Virus record (IMG/VR): IMGVR_UViG_3300032675_000001
Coordinates: 296,684 to 360,683 of that record
Reading direction: 5' to 3' (one strand)
Length of the DNA: 64,000 nucleotides
Part shown: one piece after another, positions 27,836-35,843 of the stretch
Numbering within the stretch: the stretch's first letter is position 1
How the letters are laid out: every line of letters begins with the position of its first letter
Notes under the pieces: model-generated
The model's database searches: none
Seen by the model: the letters and a program-made list of their open reading frames with translations, nothing else
Told to the model about the DNA's origin: nothing
Made by a program: the position numbers and the translations under genes

Positions 27836-28974
27836 TTGTTAGGTGCTCCATTCTGGACTATTGTTATTGTTCCTTGTGGTCTACCATCACCTTGATTAGT
27901 CCATTTTTGATTCATAAAGTTGTATGAATCTACCAGTCCATTTTGAGAAACCACTACCTGTACTTGTGTATTTAGCGGTAACCAAACAGTAGCAGCCTGC
28001 TCTTTGTCTTGAGAAAGTTCTGAATAAGCCCATCCTATTTGAACAAGTTTCTTGTTCAATACAGGAGAAACATTGGTGTGTATTGTTTGTTTTGGAAGAG
28101 TTGCATTGTTTTCCAAATAAACCTGTTCCAATTGATCTGGAGTAGCGGGCTTGGCAGCAATCAATACTGCAACTTCTTCAAATGGATCACCACCTGAGTC
28201 TGGGTCTTGGTTTGCATCAGCAGCCGCCTGTGAAGGGTTCAACGAAAGCTTCAATGCGTTTTTTGATATCTTGTTAAGACTATCACCAGAATCGGTAGTG
28301 GGTGCTGAAATCTGTAGTGTATTGTTTACCTGCTTCATTGTCATATTTACTTTGACCGGAGGAGCAGGTGGAGTGAAACTGTTTTCCACCATAGTTGCTT
28401 GGAAAGGTCTGGACAGAGTTACTACTCCAGCAGCAGTTAGAACCTCAATAGACCCGGTTGGGCATTCATCTGTTATCTTTGTGGGGTCCTTGTCATCATA
28501 ACAGCTAGGTAGTAGAATGACAGTTGTTTTGCCAGTTTCATCAACTGACATCAAAAAGTCTGTGCCACGAACACCAATCGTTGCAGTTGGAGTATGTATA
28601 TTAACACCACCGGGATTGCCATGTGCGATTTTACCAGATGCATATCGCACTGTACCTAATGCAACTTTAAGACCAAGCTTGCCTTTGTTTGAGTTTCCAC
28701 CATCATATACGAAGTCATCTATTACAAGCTTACTGTTTTCGGTGATATTAACCGTAGTGCTATCAATAAACGTGATCTTGAACTTACCTTGACTGTTGGT
28801 GGTGATCGTATCCATCTTTTCAATCCCGCTACCTTTAGCAGCAGGATGTATCGTATTTGATCTTTTGATTTGACCTCCGCCTCTAAAATCTGTTACCGAC
28901 CCGATTGATGCCATCGCAGGGGTCGATAATAGAAGTAATAGATTAATGGCCAGTCTTAATATTGAACGTGCCAT
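27832..28974 (-). CDS. FecR-domain periplasmic protein
   Basis: signal peptide; D.I.T......I.F.D.T...I.ENS.L; TPTATIGVRGTDF. Confidence 0.85.
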   Translation of the reverse strand: MARSILRLAINLLLLLSTPAMASIGSVTDFRGGGQIKRSNTIHPAAKGSGIEKMDTITTNSQGKFKITFIDSTTVNITENSKLVIDDFVYDGGNSNKGKLGLKVALGTVRYASGKIAHGNPGGVNIHTPTATIGVRGTDFLMSVDETGKTTVILLPSCYDDKDPTKITDECPTGSIEVLTAAGVVTLSRPFQATMVENSFTPPAPPVKVNMTMKQVNNTLQISAPTTDSGDSLNKISKNALKLSLNPSQAAADANQDPDSGGDPFEEVAVLIAAKPATPDQLEQVYLENNATLPKQTIHTNVSPVLNKKLVQIGWAYSELSQDKEQAATVWLPLNTQVQVVVSQNGLVDSYNFMNQKWTNQGDGRPQGTITIVQNGAPNK

Positions 28975-29749
28975 TGTTACCGGTACTCGTTATGTTGATT
29001 ACTGTTTCAGAAGCACCATACTGTTGAGTAGTAAGAGTGTTACCTGTTCCAGTAAAGCTGGCATATAGAGAGTGACCATATGTTCCACCGGCATCAGTTT
29101 GTGTCACGTTAGTAGTATTGTTGCTACCAGTGAACAATAATGTTTGTGACGAGTTAGGCGAGTTATCAGTTACAGTAAATGCGTTATTGTTGCCATTGGT
29201 GTTGATTGTTTGCGTAATATTTGCAGCAGACCCATGAAAATTCAATGAGTTGTTGTTACCATCAAATACAACATTAAGATTCAACTTATTACAGTTTGAA
29301 TCGCCCTGCTGTGTGCCACATGCAATGACAGCAGTATTATTATTACCAATCTGTTGAATAGTAGCAGTTGCGCCACTACCTGTTCCAGTAGAACCTACAA
29401 TACCCATTAGTAATGAGTTTGAATTGCCAGTTTGAATAACTGTAACAGTTTGATTGTCACCAGAAAGATAAATTGGATTTACCAAAGTACCTGTAATGTT
29501 AGATACACCTGTTTGTTGGATATTTACATTTACGTTATTACCTGACTGATCAATGTATACTTTATTTGTTGTTGCTACTGTGCCTGCTTCTGTTGCATTG
29601 GGTGAAGTTGCTACGATTGCAGGAGGATTTGGTGCAGTAGGAAGTACCGCAGTTGCTGGAGTGCCAGCATCAACTGATGCTGTTTGTGCAAACGCAGCAC
29701 TAGATACTAGCAACGAACCAAGAATTAATGCATATTTTATTATTTTCAT
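28943..29749 (-). CDS. curlin-like (CsgA/CsgB-type) repeat protein
   Basis: signal peptide; many ~22-aa N/Q/G/T-rich repeats (I.Q.G..N). Confidence 0.75.
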   Translation of the reverse strand: MKIIKYALILGSLLVSSAAFAQTASVDAGTPATAVLPTAPNPPAIVATSPNATEAGTVATTNKVYIDQSGNNVNVNIQQTGVSNITGTLVNPIYLSGDNQTVTVIQTGNSNSLLMGIVGSTGTGSGATATIQQIGNNNTAVIACGTQQGDSNCNKLNLNVVFDGNNNSLNFHGSAANITQTINTNGNNNAFTVTDNSPNSSQTLLFTGSNNTTNVTQTDAGGTYGHSLYASFTGTGNTLTTQQYGASETVINITSTGNNGTFNIKTGH

Positions 29750-29760
29750 CTTTGTAATCC

Positions 29761-30588
29761 TTACTTTGTTGTAGTTGTTTGTGCGGTTGCCTTAAAGTGC
29801 CAAAGCCCTTTCTTTTCGCCGCTCTTTATTAGTTCTGCTACACCGAGTTCAATGGCTGCTCTTATAGCATAACTTCCAGCTTCATTAGTCGTTTGTTGTC
29901 CATCAAGTTCAAATGCCTGTGTTCCCAAATCAAAGAGTTTAAACACTGTTATACCCTCTGAGGTAGACAAAACATTTTTATTGACAGTGACACTATCTAA
30001 TACTTCGCCGGTTTGTGTAGATACGAGTCGCATATTGATTACGACCATATCTTCACTGTATTGAGTATTCGGACCTATGCCTAGATAACGAACCCCATTA
30101 CCTCCTGTTTTAGTATCACTGTTATAATCAATGATACCACCTTCAATGATCAAGCCCGCTACCGTTAAAGGTGGCAGCGGTGTTGCTTTATCACCATATT
30201 CTTGTTCACGCATCTGACGAATAAGTTGACGTTCCTTTATGAGACTGTCAATACCCACACGTTCAACTGGTCTAAACCATTTGCCATTGTCAACATCTGA
30301 TAGAGTTTTAATAAGATATGCGTCAGCACCCTGAGTTACTGCGGTACTGAACGTGCTTAGAGTTGATGATGGCTTACGCTGTCCAGTCTTGTCAGTAAAT
30401 GCATATACTGCAACTGGAATCGGTGGACCTTCAGGATCAGGGATGCCCTTGAATACCTTTTCATTGGCAAACTTAGACACTACAGGCTTTGATCTAAGCA
30501 TTTCCGTGTCTTTGTTCAGTCTAGGGTGAATGCCTCCGATACAACCGGACAAAAGAAGCATTAATGGCAAAATCAATAGTTTTTTCAT
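29761..30588 (-). CDS. csgG: curli secretion channel CsgG
   Basis: lipobox LSGC; VAVY.F.DKTGQRKP; STAVTQGA; WF..VER.G...L.KERQ.IR; EGGII.Y. Confidence 0.95.
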   Translation of the reverse strand: MKKLLILPLMLLLSGCIGGIHPRLNKDTEMLRSKPVVSKFANEKVFKGIPDPEGPPIPVAVYAFTDKTGQRKPSSTLSTFSTAVTQGADAYLIKTLSDVDNGKWFRPVERVGIDSLIKERQLIRQMREQEYGDKATPLPPLTVAGLIIEGGIIDYNSDTKTGGNGVRYLGIGPNTQYSEDMVVINMRLVSTQTGEVLDSVTVNKNVLSTSEGITVFKLFDLGTQAFELDGQQTTNEAGSYAIRAAIELGVAELIKSGEKKGLWHFKATAQTTTTK

Positions 30589-30599
30589 GTCAAGGCTCC

Positions 30600-31055
30600 T
30601 TAAAACGCAAATGTCGCAATAGGAACATTGACCACTGTTTGATTGCCTGAACTGTCAACTACCGTGAGTTGCACATTGGTGCCTGTTTTTAGGTAACTAA
30701 TGGTGTTTCCATCTAGATTAAATGTTCCTGCGTTGGATGATCCTCCGGCTTGGAACAAGTTGTTTGACAACTGTGTTGCAAGCTGTGCATACACTTGTGA
30801 AGTAAACAGAGAAATAAACTTAGCTAGAGGAGTGTTTGATGCAGCAGCGGCGGCGGCTGCTTGAGCAGATGCTAATGCATTTGCATTTGAGGCAGCATTA
30901 GAAGACTCTAACGACTGCACCGAAAGTACATGGTTAGACCAGTTGATGCCATTAAATGAAGGGTCTTTAAACTGCTGAATCAGTGGATCAGCATGTGCCG
31001 TTCCTGCAATACTAAGTGCTGTGATTAGAGAAAGTGCTTTTAATATTTTTCTCAT
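30600..31055 (-). CDS. csgF: curli assembly component CsgF
   Basis: signal peptide then L..QFKDPSFNG (CsgF F.NP.FGG N-terminal motif); adjacent to csgG. Confidence 0.85.
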   Translation of the reverse strand: MRKILKALSLITALSIAGTAHADPLIQQFKDPSFNGINWSNHVLSVQSLESSNAASNANALASAQAAAAAAASNTPLAKFISLFTSQVYAQLATQLSNNLFQAGGSSNAGTFNLDGNTISYLKTGTNVQLTVVDSSGNQTVVNVPIATFAF

Positions 31056-31072
31056 TATTTCTCTCCAAATAT

Positions 31073-31402
31073 TTAACTACTTCCGCCAGAAGCCTCTTGA
31101 TCTGCTTCTTTGTGATGTACACGAGGTTGATTGATAATCTTTTCGGCCTCAACACGCTCATGTTCAATGGTCTTTCCGCGCAAGTGTAATACCGTATTAA
31201 CTTTTTGATTAAGTCTGATCAAGTCATTGTCTAGCATTCTGATACGATCAATCAGCGCGATCAGAACAGTGTTTGCTTCGCTGAGAACCGGCTTGACTTC
31301 TTTTGTCGCCCATTCCCAAACGTAGAACACGAAATATCCCATGCCGCCAGCAGCAATGATGGGGAATCCATACTTGTTTACTAGTTCTGCTATTTCACCC
31401 AT
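31073..31402 (-). CDS. small single-TM/coiled-coil protein
   Basis: YGFPIIAAGGMGYFVF..IALIDRIRMLDNDLIRL; paralogue of next gene. Confidence 0.8.
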   Translation of the reverse strand: MGEIAELVNKYGFPIIAAGGMGYFVFYVWEWATKEVKPVLSEANTVLIALIDRIRMLDNDLIRLNQKVNTVLHLRGKTIEHERVEAEKIINQPRVHHKEADQEASGGSS

Positions 31403-31686
31403 CAGTCGCGTCTCGCATCTGTCTTGCCATCAGCACGAGCGATTCGTTCAACATCTGGTCTTAAACCCAACGCATTTGAAACAACAGTGTCAATGCGAAT
31501 GACATCGTGATTCATAGTCTTAACACGATTGTCTAGTGCGGTGATGATACCAGCCATACCTTTTACGCTACCCGTGACACCAGCAAGAATAAACTTTAGG
31601 GTGAGGAACACAAAGTAACCAGCCCCTAATGCAGCCGCAATAGGAAATCCAACATCACCAATAACTTTAAAGATATCTGTACCCAT
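31402..31686 (-). CDS. small single-TM/coiled-coil protein
   Basis: VGFPIAAALGAGYFVF..TALDNRVKTMNHDVIRI; TGATG coupling. Confidence 0.8.
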   Translation of the reverse strand: MGTDIFKVIGDVGFPIAAALGAGYFVFLTLKFILAGVTGSVKGMAGIITALDNRVKTMNHDVIRIDTVVSNALGLRPDVERIARADGKTDARRD

Positions 31687-31699
31687 AAACCCTCATAAC

Positions 31700-31746
31700 A
31701 GTAAAACCCCAGTGTTTTGTTTACACTGAGGTGTTACTATTATTTA
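31700..31746 (-). promoter_or_regulatory. late promoter and leader hairpin of curli/cyclase operon
   Basis: TAAATA 31741-31746; 16-bp stem 31700-31738 with G-U pair valid only on minus strand. Confidence 0.6.
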
Positions 31747-31769
31747 GTCATTTTGGGTATTTTTAAGTA

Positions 31770-32081
31770 TCAGTAGATACTGCGTGGCATCTTTTCTTTT
31801 TGGGCAAAGTTGATCAGCGCATCAGTAAAGTCCATGGCGCTCTTGCAAGCCTGATTTTGCATGGCTTCACGATCAATCGGCTTGAGACCATTGTAAACAT
31901 CAAAGAAGGCGTGAATGGTCCGAAGAGGAATCTTCACCTTGTCCCCATCTTGGAAAACGATGTCGCGATTTCCACCAACATCAATGCTCTTGCGAAGCTG
32001 CATCGGAAGAACGGGAATCTTGTCGTAGTCGGGATCATTGATCAGAGCGTCTTCGTAGAATGCCTTAGTCATTGTGGTCAC
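31770..32081 (-). CDS. hypothetical early protein
   Basis: ORF with TTGACA promoter at ~32126 and AAAGG SD. Confidence 0.7.
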   Translation of the reverse strand: MTTMTKAFYEDALINDPDYDKIPVLPMQLRKSIDVGGNRDIVFQDGDKVKIPLRTIHAFFDVYNGLKPIDREAMQNQACKSAMDFTDALINFAQKEKMPRSIY

Positions 32082-32133
32082 CTTTCGTTTGTGATGACAG
32101 TCTTCTAAGGCATGTAAATCAACGTGTCAACAG

Positions 32134-33582
32134 TTATTTTTGAAAAAGTGAAAATAAATTCCCAGTGACATAGTTCTTATCTTGTCCAAACATACTATGT
32201 TGTAAATGCTTGATAATATCTGGGGTAAGGTGTCTTGCTCTCATTCCCCCACGAGGAAAAAGATGCACTTCTACTGGTTCATCGCCTTCAACCTTTTGAA
32301 TAGCCATCATGCGATTGCGCCCTTCATGACCACTGACTCTGGCATCTTTACTGAAGTCACCGTCTTCCCATTCTCGTGGAATATCTATGGTCAAAAAGGG
32401 TGAACCCAATGCTCCACCTTGTTCAATATGACCTGCAATGTGATCAACGCTTGTGGGATTGTTTAATCTGTGAGCAAGCTTTAAAAACATACTCGGTTTC
32501 ATCAAAACACGCAATCCCATGTAATCCACGTTAGCATTATATGGAACAGAACCAAGCCCGTTTTCGTTGTCTACTTTGTATTCATCAAGTTCTGATTCTT
32601 TTATGTCTTTTGGCATTGCATAAAAGATATGCTTACCTACAGCGGCAAGTTTTTTAGTTCCTTTTGCCCAATATGGATGAATATCTTTGGTGTGATAAAA
32701 GACTGCACCGTGTGTTGGGTCAGGAGCATGACCAGACATGATCTTCTTGGCAAGCTCATAGCTCTTGGCCCATAGCTTGTAATCAAGACCTTTGCCAGTG
32801 TTTTCAAGCTTCTTTAACCATGTATTGAAATCTTGACCACCGGGTGCTTTTCTGGACTTGATGATCTTATCAAGATGTTCCATTTCTTGTGCATATTTGT
32901 AGTTTGGATCGTTGTGGTTCCAGCAACTAAACTGACTTGGTTTTGTGGCAACACCAACAATACCTTGACCAAAACGTCTTGCGTGTGCCTTATCATTGGC
33001 GCGATTCTTAATGACATTACCGATTGCTAGCATACCATTTGCGCCTTGATCCCTTGCTTCTCCCCACATTGTGTGGGCAAGAATCTTAGTGGGGTCTTGG
33101 TGTACTGGTTGTGTTGCTGCTGGGAGATCAAAACGAACAACAGGATCAAACTGCTGCTGTTTATTGTGCATAGCCAATCCGCCTGCCGCCAAAGCCGCTG
33201 CGCCGCCTGCGGCTAGTGCACCCTTCTTAGCCCAATCGGGAAAAGCTTCATCAAGCGATTCATTCATACCTAAAGGAAGATTGGCAACATGCTGCAATGG
33301 AAGATTGACTAGTTTCAATGCACCACTCGCAAACTGTCTCCAGTAACCGGTATTATGAATATGCTGCATCATGTAATACAGATATCTTGCATCAAGAACA
33401 TCAGTAGCCGTTACCTTGATACCGATATTTTCTGGTGAATATTCCTTGGTTGGTGTGCCTACCGATTTGTCACTACCTTTGCGCTGAAGCCAGAAATCAG
33501 CATCAGGAAAGTTTGTCTTCACTGTTGCTAAATCTTTGAGCCTTACGCCAGCGGATTCTGTTATGAACTCTTTCGCTCTCAT
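32134..33582 (-). CDS. multidomain late protein: HsdS/TRD-like + SleB-type cell-wall hydrolase (Hydrolase_2) + ParB-like
   Basis: start MRAKEFITE; LAHTMWGEAR..G..GM.A...VI.NR, QFSCWN, DPT.GA.FYH, G.H.FY; C-term GHEGRNR. Confidence 0.75.
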   Translation of the reverse strand: MRAKEFITESAGVRLKDLATVKTNFPDADFWLQRKGSDKSVGTPTKEYSPENIGIKVTATDVLDARYLYYMMQHIHNTGYWRQFASGALKLVNLPLQHVANLPLGMNESLDEAFPDWAKKGALAAGGAAALAAGGLAMHNKQQQFDPVVRFDLPAATQPVHQDPTKILAHTMWGEARDQGANGMLAIGNVIKNRANDKAHARRFGQGIVGVATKPSQFSCWNHNDPNYKYAQEMEHLDKIIKSRKAPGGQDFNTWLKKLENTGKGLDYKLWAKSYELAKKIMSGHAPDPTHGAVFYHTKDIHPYWAKGTKKLAAVGKHIFYAMPKDIKESELDEYKVDNENGLGSVPYNANVDYMGLRVLMKPSMFLKLAHRLNNPTSVDHIAGHIEQGGALGSPFLTIDIPREWEDGDFSKDARVSGHEGRNRMMAIQKVEGDEPVEVHLFPRGGMRARHLTPDIIKHLQHSMFGQDKNYVTGNLFSLFQK

Positions 33583-35816
33583 TATCCAATCCGCTCTGCT
33601 CGTATATGTCGAGAATTCCAAGTTGGGTTTTCTCGTCTAGCGATATTTATTGCTTCTTCCGCACTTGAAGCAGTCACATTGGATATACCACTGGCGTCTC
33701 CTCTATGGACTCTCCATAACGCTGGTGCTGTTTCTGTATTTTCAGATGATGAAGTATTACCATTTTCTGCTTCTTCCCAGCGAGCATTAAATCGCATGAT
33801 CCAATTAATCTGAGCATCAGTTAGGTTTTCATAGTCTTGATCATGTGGGTCAACGTGAGGAAGACCTTGTTGATCGCACCATAGTTCATATTCACGAGTT
33901 AGTTGATCAATAGCTTGCGCTCTTGGTCCATCCTGTTGAGGAGCATATGCATTGACATCATCTGAAGGAGTAGGAGGTGTTTGGCGGCGACCGGGTTCGG
34001 CAACGTCAACAGAAATATTCTGTAGTGGCATAGTTCTCCACACGTGATTGCGAGCCGCCAGCCTATTATATGCCACTTCTGAATTGGGACCAGATGCGTA
34101 TGCAGGAGCAACTGAACCATCACGTGTCATAAATCTATATGTTGTTTCACCCTCGGCAGGCTCATCAAGAATGCCCTGTGGATCATTTTCACCAGATAGT
34201 ATCTTAGCTAGTTCATCGTTCGTTTTACGATTGTACTTCTTCTTTGCAAGAGCACCGGCAAGTTCTTCCTTATTAAGTTCACCGGCCATATATCTAGCAA
34301 ATAAACTCATTTCTGCCTTAGGGTCTTTTGGTTTAAGTAACTTATATAATCCCTTTAAGTATTCTTTACGATACTTCTGTGGATCACAAGCTGCATCAAG
34401 TGCTACGACAAATCTCAACACAGTATTTTCAATCTTACTAAAGTTAGAGTTTAACCAATCATTACCGGGACCACGAAACTCAACCCAGTTTTCTTTAGTA
34501 TTAATACTGGTGAACTTTCTGGTTGACCCATTATGAATAATCTTACTTGCTATTTCTTCCATATTACTGCGTAATTTTTCAAATAATCTTTCTGTTTCCT
34601 GTGGATTATCTTTTGCTTTATTTTTAATAATATCAAGTGCAGACTCACAGTAAGAGTTAGCTATACGACCAAACTGGTTAAGAACATACTGATCTCCGGA
34701 AAGAATAGCAAGCTTTACATAATCCAAGTTACTTTTACTATAGTTAGGAACACTTACGTTCATGTGTAAACCGCATGAACTATTAGTGTATGCACCAACG
34801 TCATCTGCCCATTCTTTAATCTTGGAGATATCATCAAACATTTCATCTACTGGCAGTGGAGGACTAATAAACTCTAATCCTGCCTCATCTGAACCATATG
34901 CTCTTAAACTAGAATCTGGTTCAATAGTATACCCATCAGATGTTCTGCGAGCACCGTGATATGATGAACTCCAGTTTACGCTGCGCCCGATGGCGTCTTC
35001 AAATCTGCTAGCGACTTCTTCAATGGATTCGCCGCCATTGTTGTTATATACTGGTTCAGGATCACTCCAGCGGGTCCATGCTAAATCATTATTACGGTTC
35101 ATTCGGTGATTATATACGTCATCCATATCATTGATACCGATGCTCTCTAGGAACTCTTCTTGATCAACCTCATCACGATCAAATCCGTATATGTATGGGC
35201 TATTTTCATCTGGGTCGGCTTCATCGTCTTCATCATAACTATAATAGTTTGGAATCATGTCGCCGTCTTTAAATGACTCGTATGCTTGATCGTAATAGTT
35301 GTAGCCAGCAGCATTGCCGGGTCTTTTCCATTCCTCATCGGCTACTTCTTCGTAATCTTCTTTAGTGGGAATACGATCACCCAATAGGTCTTCTGGTTTA
35401 TCTAGATAATCAGCAATATCTGATGGATCAGCATTTTTCTTAATCCAGTTTAAAAGATATTCCTTGCCTCTTTTTTCCCAATCTTTTTTGACATATGTTT
35501 CTAAATATTCATCAAACTTTTCTTCTAATACCCGTCTTAATTCGGCAATAGTGGATCGGGTATTGTGATCACGTTCATCAAAGAAATCAACAATGTCATC
35601 AATGCTTCTAGCAGGCTCATTTTCATCGTAACGTTCTGGGTCTTGGTAGTCTGGTTCATCATCCTCGGTGTTAACGTCAGGAACGATCATTTCAAACTCC
35701 ATACCAACCTTAGCATCAATCTGATTAGCCAGTTTTTTAAGGTTAGTAGGACTCATCTCCACTTCAAGGAGTTGTTGTTGTGCTTCGTATAGGTCAAGGA
35801 AATGTTTTGCTCTCAT
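33582..35816 (-). CDS. amidoligase (COOH-NH2 ligase family) protein
   Basis: VGMEFEM, EPDSSL, LEFISPP, CGLH.NVS, KF.SIN, VEFR. Confidence 0.8.
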   Translation of the reverse strand: MRAKHFLDLYEAQQQLLEVEMSPTNLKKLANQIDAKVGMEFEMIVPDVNTEDDEPDYQDPERYDENEPARSIDDIVDFFDERDHNTRSTIAELRRVLEEKFDEYLETYVKKDWEKRGKEYLLNWIKKNADPSDIADYLDKPEDLLGDRIPTKEDYEEVADEEWKRPGNAAGYNYYDQAYESFKDGDMIPNYYSYDEDDEADPDENSPYIYGFDRDEVDQEEFLESIGINDMDDVYNHRMNRNNDLAWTRWSDPEPVYNNNGGESIEEVASRFEDAIGRSVNWSSSYHGARRTSDGYTIEPDSSLRAYGSDEAGLEFISPPLPVDEMFDDISKIKEWADDVGAYTNSSCGLHMNVSVPNYSKSNLDYVKLAILSGDQYVLNQFGRIANSYCESALDIIKNKAKDNPQETERLFEKLRSNMEEIASKIIHNGSTRKFTSINTKENWVEFRGPGNDWLNSNFSKIENTVLRFVVALDAACDPQKYRKEYLKGLYKLLKPKDPKAEMSLFARYMAGELNKEELAGALAKKKYNRKTNDELAKILSGENDPQGILDEPAEGETTYRFMTRDGSVAPAYASGPNSEVAYNRLAARNHVWRTMPLQNISVDVAEPGRRQTPPTPSDDVNAYAPQQDGPRAQAIDQLTREYELWCDQQGLPHVDPHDQDYENLTDAQINWIMRFNARWEEAENGNTSSSENTETAPALWRVHRGDASGISNVTASSAEEAINIARRENPTWNSRHIRAERIG

Positions 35817-35843
35817 TGAGGTATTTATCAAACTTTAGGATTG

